Source of the DNA: Candidatus Eiseniibacteriota bacterium
Lineage (GTDB): Bacteria; Eisenbacteria; RBG-16-71-46; CAZEPH01
Direction of reading: 5' to 3'
Length of the DNA stretch: 28,215 nucleotides
NCBI GenBank assembly: GCA_044229145.1
Contig: JBGATO010000051.1
Location: forward strand, 1-28,215
Of this stretch, positions 8,607 through 17,879 are shown one piece after another. Position 1 is the first letter of the stretch, and the number at the start of each line of letters is the position of its first letter. The translations under genes were made by a program, and so were the position numbers. The notes below the pieces were generated by a model. It was not told where the DNA came from, ran no database searches, and saw only the letters and a program-made list of their open reading frames with translations.

Positions 8607-10009
8607 GACGAGGATTCGCCGGTCAACGTGCGCCGCTCGCGCGCCCAGCGATAGATGGTGCGGACCGAGATGCCGAGCACGCGTGCCGCATGCTCCTTGT
8701 CGTCGTGGCAGCGCCGCAGCGCATTCTCGATCAGGGCGTCTTGCGCTTCGGAGAGCGTTGCGGCGTGGGGAATGGTGAGGCCGTCGCGGGCCGCCGCCGG
8801 CGCCGTCATGTGCGTCGAGAAGCGCACGTGATCCGAGGCGATGACGGTGCCTGGCGCCATCGCGAGCGCGCGCAACACGACATTCTCCAATTCGCGCACG
8901 TTGCCCGGCCACCGGTGTTCTTGCAGGCGTTCGTAGACTGCCGGTTCGATGGTGTCGATGGCTGGCATGCGCCGGCCGCCATGCATCTGCACGAGATGGC
9001 GCACCAGGAGTGGAATGTCGTCGAAGCGGTCGCGCAACGGCGGCAAGGTGATCTCCACCACGTTGAGGCGATGGTAGAGATCGCCGCGGAATCGCCCGTC
9101 GCGCAGCGCCGCCGCGATGTCGATGTTGGTCGCGGAAACGATGCGGGTGTCGACGTGGATGTCGCGCGTGCCGCCGAGGCGCTGCACGTGGCCGTCCTGC
9201 AACACGCGCAGCAGCTTGGCCTGCATCGGCGGCGACATGTCGCCGATTTCGTCGAGGAACAAGGTGCCGCCGTGCGCGAGTTCGAATCGCCCCGGTTTGG
9301 CATGCACTGCGCCAGAGAACGCGCCGCGCTCGTAGCCGAAGAGTTCGCTCTCGAGCAGATGTTCGGGAATCGCCGCGCACGACACCTTGACGAGCGGGCC
9401 GCGACGGCGCGTGCCGAGATCGTGCAGGACATCGGCGGCGACCTCTTTGCCGGTGCCGCTTTCGCCCAGCAGGAGCACCGGCATGTCGGTGGCGGCAGCC
9501 TGCGCGAGCAGGCGTTTGACGGTTTGTGCCGCCTCGCTGGCGCCGACGAAGCGGTCCAGCGCCTCGCGCTCGCCGAGTCGCGCCCGCAGACGTTCGTTCT
9601 CCGCCGCCAACGACTGCTTCTCGAGCGCCTTCTCGACGGTGAACAGGAGGCGGTCGCGGTGCACTGGCTTCTCGACGAAGTCGTAGGCGCCGAGACGCAT
9701 CGCCTCCACCGCGCGCTCGATGCTGGCGTGCGCGGTGATCAGCAGCACTTCGATGCCCGGCCGCTGTTCGCGCACGATGCGTAACAGTTCGATGCCGTCG
9801 CGCTCCGGCAGCCGCAGATCGGTGACCACCACGTGCGGCGGCGCGGTTTCGATGAGATGGAGAGCGTCGGTGACGTCGCCGGCCGAGACGACGTCGTAGC
9901 CGGCGTGGCGCAAGGTCCGCTCGAGGGCTTTGCGCAGCTCGTCGTCGTCGTCGACGACCAGGATGCGGCCGGTGCGTGAAGCGGCGGTGCGTGCGCCGTG
10001 CGGGGTCAC
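8603..10009 (-). CDS. Sigma54-dependent response regulator (NtrC/AtoC family: REC-AAA+-Fis HTH), 468 aa
   Basis: GTG at 10009 overlaps the upstream TGA (GTGA). RILVVDDD...VTDLRLP; Walker A GESGTGKE; ESELFGYERGAFSGA; Walker B LFLDEIGD; WPGNVRELEN; HTH AARVLGISVRTIYR. Confidence 0.95.
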   Translation of the reverse strand: MTPHGARTAASRTGRILVVDDDDELRKALERTLRHAGYDVVSAGDVTDALHLIETAPPHVVVTDLRLPERDGIELLRIVREQRPGIEVLLITAHASIERAVEAMRLGAYDFVEKPVHRDRLLFTVEKALEKQSLAAENERLRARLGEREALDRFVGASEAAQTVKRLLAQAAATDMPVLLLGESGTGKEVAADVLHDLGTRRRGPLVKVSCAAIPEHLLESELFGYERGAFSGAVHAKPGRFELAHGGTLFLDEIGDMSPPMQAKLLRVLQDGHVQRLGGTRDIHVDTRIVSATNIDIAAALRDGRFRGDLYHRLNVVEITLPPLRDRFDDIPLLVRHLVQMHGGRRMPAIDTIEPAVYERLQEHRWPGNVRELENVVLRALAMAPGTVIASDHVRFSTHMTAPAAARDGLTIPHAATLSEAQDALIENALRRCHDDKEHAARVLGISVRTIYRWARERRTLTGESSS

Positions 10010-10662
10010 GCCAGCAACTCCGCGATGTCGGCGAAGATCTCCGCCGGCGTCGCGGTGCCGCGCACCGCGTCGACGTATTGCTGGAGCACCAACTGGATGC
10101 GATCGATCTGCGACTCCGCCGCCGCCAGCACGACGCTGGGATCGACGATGGGCGGCGTATCGGCGGGCGGCAGCATCGGCAAAGTCTCGCGCAAGAGCGC
10201 CAAATTGAGCAGCACCGAGCCGAGCGGATTGCGGACCTCGTGTGCCAGCTTCGCGGTGGCGGCTTCGAAGGCCGCGCGCCGTTCGCGCCGCCACCGGTCG
10301 ACCGCGGCCTGCCGCTGGTGACGGTCGCGCACGACCACCACAAGCGCGGGCATGCCACCGAACGTCAGGGCGTCCGCGTGCACGTCGACCAGCCGCTCTT
10401 CGCCGCGCGAGTGTGCCAGCGGGACATCCACCAGCGTGAGTGGCGCCGCGGCATCGAGGCATGCGGTCAGCTGCGCCAGGGCCGGAGACTCGGCGGGGAA
10501 GAGTGCGGCGAGCGGCAATCCGGTGACACTCCGCTCGTCGCGGCCGCACAGCACATCGGCGTTGCCGCTCCACCAGACGATCTCGAGGCCATATCCCGCA
10601 TCGCGCGCCAGCGCGGTTGCTTGGACACAGGTGCGACAGAGCTCTTCGATCGGGTACGGCAT
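10006..10662 (-). CDS. PAS + HisKA (DHp) protein with no HATPase domain, 218 aa
   Basis: PAS-like region (WWSGNADVLCG...VTGLPLAALFP...VVVVRD), then H-box LAHEVRNPLGSV and the second DHp helix IDRIQLVLQQY. Stops about 20 aa later with no N/G boxes. Confidence 0.8.
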   Translation of the reverse strand: MPYPIEELCRTCVQATALARDAGYGLEIVWWSGNADVLCGRDERSVTGLPLAALFPAESPALAQLTACLDAAAPLTLVDVPLAHSRGEERLVDVHADALTFGGMPALVVVVRDRHQRQAAVDRWRRERRAAFEAATAKLAHEVRNPLGSVLLNLALLRETLPMLPPADTPPIVDPSVVLAAAESQIDRIQLVLQQYVDAVRGTATPAEIFADIAELLA

Positions 10663-10926
10663 GCCGGGAATTACCTCGGAGTCGTGGGGCCGGCACGCGG
10701 CCGGTCGGGTCGTCCCGGGAGTGTCGCGGCGCGGCGCCCGATCCGCAAGAGGTTGCGAGAGGCCGCGCGTCCCGCAGACCGGTCCCCGTACTCCCTTCAG
10801 GGTAGCGTTTTCGCCCCCAACGGCGCATTGCCGGACGCCACGGACGATTCTACTCTCGTCGCAGATGTGACACGAATGGGCGACGGTGTGGAGCCGTTCG
10901 CCTTCTCAAGACCCGGAGTGTGCACC

Positions 10927-11031
10927 ATGGATGCCCGCGAACGCGTGTGGTCGTACATCGGTTTCGGTTTGATGATCGTGGTGACCGCGACCACCGTCGC
11001 GACGGCTGTCGCGTTGTTCCAACCGCGTTAA
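10927..11031 (+). CDS. Putative 34-aa single-pass membrane peptide
   Basis: GGAG at 10915-10918, ATG at 10927: MDARERVWSYIGFGLMIVVTATTVATAVALFQPR*. Lies in an otherwise empty gap and has one long hydrophobic stretch. Confidence 0.5.
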   Translation: MDARERVWSYIGFGLMIVVTATTVATAVALFQPR

Positions 11032-11076
11032 GCGCCTGCCCGCCGCGACGGCGCGCCTGTCGCCCGTCGCTGGCGG

Positions 11077-12375
11077 CTACGGACAGCCCGCAACCGCACC
11101 GCCTGCATTGCCGGTCAATTCCAGTGCCGACCGCACCCACCGTCCGCAGGTCGATGCCACCGCATTGAGGAACAGCACTCCCGCCCCGCCGTTGTCGCGC
11201 ACCGTGCCCACCAGCGTGCCGCTCGTCTCACCGGCGCCATCGTCCACCACGATGCCCGCGGCGCCATTGTCGCTCGACCACACGGTCCCCGTTTGCACCG
11301 TGCCACCGTGCTCCAGGGCAAGCGCGAGTCCATTGCCCTTGCTATCGCGCACCGCGAGCTGACACAACACCGTCGCGCTGCCGCGCACCGTCACTGCGGC
11401 GGGCGCATTGCCGTCGCCGCCGCCGTCGCAGAAGACATTCTCCAGCGCGTTGGGCCCGGAGCCGGCGAGCAAGTGGATCACGCCCCACTTGGTGAGGGTG
11501 CCGCGCCCGTTCTCCGGCACCAAGAAACACGGCGTGGCGCCACCGCCGGCGGTGAGGCGCCCGCCGGGCTGCACGACGATGCCGCCGCCCGCGCTCACCA
11601 ACACCACTGCTCCCGGCTCGATGGTGAGCGTCGCGCCGGACTGCACGCTGGTGGCGAGCGTCAGGCGCCAAGGCCCGCCCGCCGCGCTCAGCGTGGTGTC
11701 GTGCGAGATGAGCGCCGGCACCACATGCGCGGTCGCCCGTGCGCCGGTGACGGCGAGCGTGCCGACGCTCACCGACGGGGCTCCCGGGGAAATCGCTACG
11801 GCGACGTCGAGGAAGCCTTGCGAGAGTCCAGCGGGCGGCACCGCGAGGACGGAGTGCTCATCGACCACGCTCACGCTGGTCGCCGGCTGGCCGCCGAAGC
11901 TGACGCGCGGTGCGGCGCTCAGCGTCTGCTCGGTGCGCACCAGGATTGCCGCCGCGACATCGCCGGCGATCGCCGCCGGCGTGCAGGCAAGGAATTGCGC
12001 GAACTGCGGGCTCTCTGAGCAGAACGGCACCGACGTCCAGACGCGGAGCGTCGCGCGCGCCGTGCGCGCCCCACCCGGACCGTATGCCGTCAACGTGTAC
12101 TCGGTCGTGGCAGCGGGCGACACGCGCACACTGCCCGAATCCGGGGCGACGCGCCCGATGCCGTGATCGAGGACCACGGAGTCCGCGTCGAGCACGCGCC
12201 AGCTCACGCTCGCCGAGTCACCCGGGACGATCGACTCGGGCGACAGGACAAACTGCGAGACGGTGGGAATGCCCTGCGGCGTGAAGGAACTCTCGCATCC
12301 GGCCACCAAGGCCGCGCCGGCGAGGAGCGCGGCGGTTCCCAAGCGTGTCATGCCGCGGAGTGCCGCGAGCGTCAT
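11077..12375 (-). CDS. Lipoprotein with Ig-like, IPT/TIG-like and short right-handed beta-helix domains, about 432 aa
   Basis: Lipobox AALVAG-C; Ig-like SPESIVPGDSASVSW...TEYTLTAYGPGG; IPT-like VSFGGQPATSVSVVDEHSVLAVPPA; beta-helix entry DTTLSAAGGPWRL...GATLTIEPGAVV. Alternative ATG at 12351. Confidence 0.75.
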   Translation of the reverse strand: MTLAALRGMTRLGTAALLAGAALVAGCESSFTPQGIPTVSQFVLSPESIVPGDSASVSWRVLDADSVVLDHGIGRVAPDSGSVRVSPAATTEYTLTAYGPGGARTARATLRVWTSVPFCSESPQFAQFLACTPAAIAGDVAAAILVRTEQTLSAAPRVSFGGQPATSVSVVDEHSVLAVPPAGLSQGFLDVAVAISPGAPSVSVGTLAVTGARATAHVVPALISHDTTLSAAGGPWRLTLATSVQSGATLTIEPGAVVLVSAGGGIVVQPGGRLTAGGGATPCFLVPENGRGTLTKWGVIHLLAGSGPNALENVFCDGGGDGNAPAAVTVRGSATVLCQLAVRDSKGNGLALALEHGGTVQTGTVWSSDNGAAGIVVDDGAGETSGTLVGTVRDNGGAGVLFLNAVASTCGRWVRSALELTGNAGGAVAGCP

Positions 12376-12389
12376 GCCAGCGCCGTGGA

Positions 12390-13337
12390 TCACGCGCCGC
12401 CGGGCGGCACGATCATCCGCCCCGGTCCGTACGCGCGTTGCAAATCGCCCACCGGCGGCAAGAACTGCGGCGAGTGCCGCGTCTGGCGCGCCGCCTGCGT
12501 CGCGGCGATGGCGCGGATCTCCGGAACCGCCGCGAGGCCGGCCTGATAGCCCGCCTCCATCATGGCGGGGATCGCGCGGAAGTGCGCGCCGGAATACTCC
12601 TCGAGCGGCGGCCGCACGATGACATCGCCGAGCGGTTCCATCGCGCGCGCCGACTGCCGCGACACGATCACGCCGAGCCGCCACGCCAAATGGAAGACGT
12701 GCCGTGGCCGGTGGAACGTGCCGCTCTCGGCCACCAGATTGACGCCCACCGCGATCGCCGGCGCGAAGTGCGTGCGCAGCGCGGCGAGCGGCAACTCTTC
12801 CACCAATCCGCCGTCGACGAAATACTGGCCGTCGATCTCGACCGGCTTGTAGATCTGCGGAATCGAACACGAGGCGCGGCACGCCAGCGCCACGCGGCCG
12901 GTGTGGAAGACGTGCGCGCGTCCGCTCACCAAGTTGGTGGCGACCACCGCGAAGGGAAACGGCAGATCCTCGAATCGCACGTCGCCCATCACCGAGACGA
13001 GGTAGCGCTCGATTTTGTCCGACGACAGGATGCCGAGCCGCGACAGTGTCACCTGCGCCATCTGCTTCCACGACATCGACAGCGCGATGCGCTCGAGTTC
13101 CGGCAACGTGCGTCCGGTGGCGAACAGCGCGCCGACGATCGACCCGCCGGACGTGCCGGTGATCGCATCGACGACGATGTTGTTCTCGGCGAACGCGCGC
13201 AACACGCCGATGTGCGCGACCGCTTTCGTCGCGCCGCCGCTCAAGGCGAGGCCGATGTGGATCGGCGGAGCGCCGGGGCGCGCGCACGCGCCCGGCGACG
13301 ACGCCGGTTCGTGGGCGGGACGCACGCTCTCGCTCAT
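12390..13337 (-). CDS. Patatin-like phospholipase (NTE/RssA family), 315 aa
   Basis: GLALSGGATKAVAHIGVL, nucleophile GTSGG, ASCSIP and catalytic VDGG. GAGG SD upstream of the ATG at 13337. Confidence 0.92.
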   Translation of the reverse strand: MSESVRPAHEPASSPGACARPGAPPIHIGLALSGGATKAVAHIGVLRAFAENNIVVDAITGTSGGSIVGALFATGRTLPELERIALSMSWKQMAQVTLSRLGILSSDKIERYLVSVMGDVRFEDLPFPFAVVATNLVSGRAHVFHTGRVALACRASCSIPQIYKPVEIDGQYFVDGGLVEELPLAALRTHFAPAIAVGVNLVAESGTFHRPRHVFHLAWRLGVIVSRQSARAMEPLGDVIVRPPLEEYSGAHFRAIPAMMEAGYQAGLAAVPEIRAIAATQAARQTRHSPQFLPPVGDLQRAYGPGRMIVPPGGA

Positions 13338-13418
13338 GGAGACCTCGCGGTAGGACACGCGCCTCGGGGATGGAAGCGCGGAATAGGCGAACGGACGACG
13401 GAGAATCCTCTCTCCTCC

Positions 13419-13448
13419 AGTGTATCGGACCGTTCGCGGTTCCAACAA
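13419..13448 (-). promoter_or_regulatory. Candidate sigma70-type promoter for the patatin-lipoprotein pair
   Basis: Minus strand TTGTTG-N18-TACACT, about 80 nt upstream of the patatin ATG. Confidence 0.3.
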
Positions 13449-13538
13449 GGGCAGGCGGGCATTGCGCGGCGCAACGCGGCGATGCTGGGGATTTTCGCGC
13501 AGCCCGGCCGTGCCGGCGGCGTGCATCGCCTCACGACA

Positions 13539-13567
13539 CACGGCGAGCGGTCGAGCCTCTCGCCGTG
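13539..13567 (-). terminator. Hairpin downstream of the large secreted protein gene
   Basis: 9-bp inverted repeat CACGGCGAG / CTCGCCGTG, 25 nt after the stop at 13593. The U-tract is weak. Confidence 0.35.
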
Positions 13568-13592
13568 CGCGCGTGCCGTTCGCCGTTCTGGT

Positions 13593-16500
13593 CTATTGCA
13601 CTTTGACGATGCGGCGGGTTGCCACGGTCGTGCCGTTCTCCACACGCACCAGGTACATGCCGCGGCGCGCCGGCCGGCCGTCGGGCGTCGTGCCATCCCA
13701 CGCGAAGGCTGTGTAGCCGGCATCCACGTCGCGCGGCGCCCACGACGTCACCTCGCGTCCCGCCGCGTCGAGCACGCGGACGCGCAGCTGCGCGCGCGCC
13801 GGCGATCCCACCAGCAGATCGATGTGGTGGGCGAACGGCGAAGGCACCGCGGCGGCGATGCCCAAACGCGTCGGCGCCGGCAAGGACGCGGCGAGCACGC
13901 CCACCGGATTCGCCGTGAACAGCGCGGTGACCGCCACGCATGCGACGACGTTGGCATCGGTGCGCGAGGCGGTGAGGACACCGTCGCTCCAGCCAGCAAA
14001 GGTGTAGCCGGGGTTCGCCGTCGCGGTGACCGTCGTGCCGCTGCTGCCCTCGGTGACGCTCTGCGACGTGTTGCCGGAGAGCGTGCCGCCTACGCCCGCG
14101 GTGTAGTGCAAGGTGAAGGTGCTGACGCCGAGCAACACCGACACGGAGCCGCCGCCGTAGTCCGCGACGACGAAATCCGCTGTGCCGTCCTCATCGAAGT
14201 CGCTGATGGCGGTGGCGATCGCCAGCGAGCCGGTGGGGAAGTCTGCGCGCGGTCCGAAACCGCCGCCGGGCAGGCCGGGCAACACGGACACCGAATTCGC
14301 CGCGACATCGAAATTCGCCGTGATGGCATCGACGAGACCGTCGCCGGTGACGTCCTGGATCTGCAGGTTGAAGGCGCCGCCGCCGGTGGGGTAGGTGACG
14401 ACCGATCCGAAGTTGCCGCCGCCGGTTCCCGGCAAGACCGACACAGTGCCCGGCACATTCGAGTTGCAGACGACGAGGTCGATTACGCCATCCGCCGTCA
14501 CATCGGCGAGTGCCAAGCCGGTGGGCGCGATGCCGGTGGAGAAATCGGTCTTCGCTCCGAAGCTGCCGGTGCCGGTGCCGAGCAGGATCGACGCAGTGCT
14601 CGAGACGTTGTTGGTCACCGCGAGATCGAGCGTGCCGTCGCCATTGACATCGCCAGCCACCACATCGAACGGCTGCGTGCCGACGCCGTAGTCGACCTTC
14701 GGGGCGAACGCGCCGGTGCCGGTGCCGAGCAGCACCGAGACCGTGCTCGCGTTGTAGTTCGCGGTGACGACATCGATCTTGCCGTCGCCATTGAGATCGG
14801 CCGTGGTGAGATTGCGCGGACTGATGCCGGTGGCGAAGTCGGTGCGCGCGCCGAAGGTCCCGGTGCCGGTGCCGAGGAACACGGAGATCGAGTTCGTCCC
14901 CGGCAACTCGTTCGCCACCACCATGTCGAGCGCGTGATCGCCGTTGAGATCGACGAGGGCGACGGCCTCCGGTCTCGCGCCGGTCGCGTAGAGCGTCGTG
15001 GGGCCAAACGTGCCGGTGCCGGTGCCGAGCAGGATACCCGCGGAGGTGTTGTCGTCGACGACCGCGATGTCGGCGTGCCCGTCGCCGTTGACGTCGCCGG
15101 TGGTGACGTAGTGCGGCTGCACGCCGCCGGGGTAGTCGGTCTTGGCGGAGTAGCCGGCGTAGGCGCCGCACGTGAACGATGCGGTGACGGCGACGCTGCC
15201 GCGGACATTCATCTCGCGCCGCGGATTCGCGACCGCCCCGTCGCTCCAGCCGCGGACGATGTTGCCCGATTGCGGAATCGCGGTGACCGCCGTGCCGTTG
15301 GCGTATTGCGACACCGTCTGCGACAGCGTGCCGCTCAGCGAACCGCCGGCGCCGGCGGTGTAGGTGAGCGTGTACGGCATGTAGAAGGTGGCGACGAGGG
15401 TGTGATCCGCCGTCACCGGTGACAGCGTGTAGGTCGCGTTCGACCCGACGCTCACGCCGTCCACCAGCAACTCGGACACCAGGTATCCGGCATCCGGCGT
15501 CAGCGTGTAGGTCTGCGAGCCGCCCCAGTTGACGACGCTGACGCCGCTCGGCGAAATCGTGCCGTGCGCGCTCGCCGATGCGGTGAGCGTGTACGTGCGG
15601 TTGGGCAGCGCGTCGTTCCAGCGCGCGACGGCGCGCGACGGCCACAGGCCCGCGGTGGCGAATCCGCCGCCGATCCACAGATCGCTGCCGAACGGCGTGA
15701 CGTTGTTCGGTGCGGCGCCGATGCCGCCGGCGAGCGCGCTGAAGTTCGCGCCGTTCCATCGCCCGACGTCGTTCATCACGGTGCCGTCGGTGGCCGCCGT
15801 GAAGTTGCCGCCGAACACCAACGTGCTGTTGTAGACGTTGACCGAGTTCACGATGCCATTGACGCCCGGCGTCGCCCCCGCGCCGACCGTCGACCACGTG
15901 GTGCCGTTCCACAGCGCGAGGTTGTTGACGGTGGTGCCGCCCGCCGTCGCGAACGTCCCGCCCGCCGCGATCTGTCCGTTGAATGGCGTCAGCGAGTTCA
16001 CCGCGCCGCTGCATCCGGCGCCGAGTGCCGCGAAGGAGGTGCCGTTGTACGTGGCGATGCGGTTGGCCGGCACGCCATTGATCGTCGTGAAGTTGCCGCC
16101 GACGTAGAGCAGGCTATTGAACACCGTGAAGCAACCGACGAACTGATTCGCGCCGCTGCCGAGACTGCCCCACGCGGTGCCGTTCCACGTCGCGATGCGA
16201 TTGCGCGTCACGCCGCCCGCCTGCGTGAACAAGCCGCCGACGAACAGCAGGCCGTTGTACGCGGCGAGTGCGGTGACGTTGGCGCTGACGCCATTCGCGG
16301 TCCCGACGCCGAGGGATGCCCATGTCGTCCCGTTCCACGAGGCGACGCGGTTCGCCGTCGCGCCGCCCGCCGTGGTGAAGGCGCCGCCGACGTACAGTAC
16401 GTTGTTGTAGACACCCAGGCAGAACACGGTGCCGTTGGTGCCGCTGCCCAGCGCCGTCCAGCCTTCGCCATTCCACTTCGCGATGTTCGCCGCCACCTTG

Positions 16501-17879
16501 CCGCCGATCGCCGCGAACTGGCCGCCGGCGTAGAGTTCGCCGTTGTAGACGCCGTAGCAGTACACCGTCCCGCCGGCGATCGCGCCGGTGCCGAAGCCGT
16601 GCGCGCGCCACGTCGTGCCGTCGAAGGTCGCGAGGTTGTTGAGCGTGTCGCCGCTCGCGCCGACGGCGAAGACGCCGCCCGCCCACAGGCGCCCGTTGTA
16701 GACCTGCAGCGCGGTGACGCTGTTGTTCGGACTTCCGGCGTCGGTCGCCCACGTGCTGCCGGTCCAGTGCGCGACGAAGCGCGTCGAGGCGACGCCGCTC
16801 AGCGTGAAGATACCGCCGGCCCAAATCTGACCATTGTACAGCGTGAGGGCGTTGACGTTTTGGTCGAAGCCGTTGCCGAGCGGGGACCACGCGCTGCCGT
16901 TCCACGACGCGACGTGATTCGCGGATCCTCCGCCCGCCGTCGTGAAGAAGCCGCCGGCGAGCAGCGAATCCGCCGTCGGGTACACGGTGATCACGCCGCC
17001 GTTGGTGCCGCTGCCGAGCGTCGACCACGTCGACCCGTCCCACGCCGCGATACGATTCGCCGGCGCGCCGCCCGCCTGCGTGAACTGTCCGGCGACGATG
17101 AGTTTGTTCTGCCACACGGTTTCGACGTAGACGGTGTCATTGACGCCGGCGCCGAGCGCCGACCACGCCGCGCCATCCCACGCGGCCACGTTGCTCGCGC
17201 TGGTGCCGCCGGCCGCCGTGTACAGGCCGGCCGCGTAGAGTTTGTTCTGGAAGACGGCGAGTGCACGCACGTAGGTGAACGGTCCGCCGGTCATGCCGCC
17301 GGCCAGCGAAGACCAGTTCGCGCCGTCCCACTGCGCGATGTAGTTCGCCGGGTTGCCGCCGGCCGTCGTGAAGAAGCCGCTGACGATCAGTTTGCCGTTG
17401 AACGTCGTCATCGCGGTGGGCGCGGCACCGAAGCTGTAGCCGCCGCCGACGCCGCTGCCGAGCGTGTACCAGTGCACGCCGTCCCAGCGCGCGATGTTGT
17501 TCGCCGCGAGCGTGCCGACCTGCGAGAAGAAACCGCCGATGATGAGATCGCCGTTCCACACCGTCATCGCGAACACTTGGCCGTTGGTGCCGGGCGCGTC
17601 GAAGATGCCGGCGTAGTTGTCGGCGGGGCCGTCGGTGGTCTCGTGGTCGTCGCCGCGCGCGGTGAGTGTCGGCGCGCCGTCGCCGTCGAGTTGCGCGGTG
17701 ACGCCGTGCAGGTCGAGCGGCCCTTCGTAGCCGGAGGAGCGAATGGCCGCGAGGTCGAGCGCGCCGTGCGCGTCGGTGAACGCCGAGGCGGAGGGCGCCG
17801 CCTGGGCTGAGGTGACCGCGGTGACGGTGCAGACGAGCGCCAACACGACGGAACGAACGCAGGCGCGGACGGGCAGCAT
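13593..17879 (-). CDS. Large secreted multi-propeller protein (14 WDG/WNG blades, InlB-B-like repeats, 7 FG-GAP/VCBS repeats, C-terminal FlgD Ig-like domain), 1428 aa
   Basis: GGAGAG SD, ATG at 17879, signal peptide ending SAQA-A. 14 repeats of xGGxFTxAGG..ANxIAxWxGxxWxxLG; three YTLxxxAxxxGxxS repeats; seven DxxGDGxxDxxV repeats; tail VRVLDAAGREV...WDGTTPDGRPARRGMYL...RRIVKVQ. Confidence 0.9.
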   Translation of the reverse strand: MLPVRACVRSVVLALVCTVTAVTSAQAAPSASAFTDAHGALDLAAIRSSGYEGPLDLHGVTAQLDGDGAPTLTARGDDHETTDGPADNYAGIFDAPGTNGQVFAMTVWNGDLIIGGFFSQVGTLAANNIARWDGVHWYTLGSGVGGGYSFGAAPTAMTTFNGKLIVSGFFTTAGGNPANYIAQWDGANWSSLAGGMTGGPFTYVRALAVFQNKLYAAGLYTAAGGTSASNVAAWDGAAWSALGAGVNDTVYVETVWQNKLIVAGQFTQAGGAPANRIAAWDGSTWSTLGSGTNGGVITVYPTADSLLAGGFFTTAGGGSANHVASWNGSAWSPLGNGFDQNVNALTLYNGQIWAGGIFTLSGVASTRFVAHWTGSTWATDAGSPNNSVTALQVYNGRLWAGGVFAVGASGDTLNNLATFDGTTWRAHGFGTGAIAGGTVYCYGVYNGELYAGGQFAAIGGKVAANIAKWNGEGWTALGSGTNGTVFCLGVYNNVLYVGGAFTTAGGATANRVASWNGTTWASLGVGTANGVSANVTALAAYNGLLFVGGLFTQAGGVTRNRIATWNGTAWGSLGSGANQFVGCFTVFNSLLYVGGNFTTINGVPANRIATYNGTSFAALGAGCSGAVNSLTPFNGQIAAGGTFATAGGTTVNNLALWNGTTWSTVGAGATPGVNGIVNSVNVYNSTLVFGGNFTAATDGTVMNDVGRWNGANFSALAGGIGAAPNNVTPFGSDLWIGGGFATAGLWPSRAVARWNDALPNRTYTLTASASAHGTISPSGVSVVNWGGSQTYTLTPDAGYLVSELLVDGVSVGSNATYTLSPVTADHTLVATFYMPYTLTYTAGAGGSLSGTLSQTVSQYANGTAVTAIPQSGNIVRGWSDGAVANPRREMNVRGSVAVTASFTCGAYAGYSAKTDYPGGVQPHYVTTGDVNGDGHADIAVVDDNTSAGILLGTGTGTFGPTTLYATGARPEAVALVDLNGDHALDMVVANELPGTNSISVFLGTGTGTFGARTDFATGISPRNLTTADLNGDGKIDVVTANYNASTVSVLLGTGTGAFAPKVDYGVGTQPFDVVAGDVNGDGTLDLAVTNNVSSTASILLGTGTGSFGAKTDFSTGIAPTGLALADVTADGVIDLVVCNSNVPGTVSVLPGTGGGNFGSVVTYPTGGGAFNLQIQDVTGDGLVDAITANFDVAANSVSVLPGLPGGGFGPRADFPTGSLAIATAISDFDEDGTADFVVADYGGGSVSVLLGVSTFTLHYTAGVGGTLSGNTSQSVTEGSSGTTVTATANPGYTFAGWSDGVLTASRTDANVVACVAVTALFTANPVGVLAASLPAPTRLGIAAAVPSPFAHHIDLLVGSPARAQLRVRVLDAAGREVTSWAPRDVDAGYTAFAWDGTTPDGRPARRGMYLVRVENGTTVATRRIVKVQ

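Noticed and set aside
14400..17500. Recurring DNA repeats such as GTGCCGGTGCCGAGCAG and GCCGTTCCAC, considered as CRISPR or DGR repeats
   Set aside because: They are degenerate, in frame and explained by FG-GAP and propeller protein repeats. No cas or reverse transcriptase gene is present.
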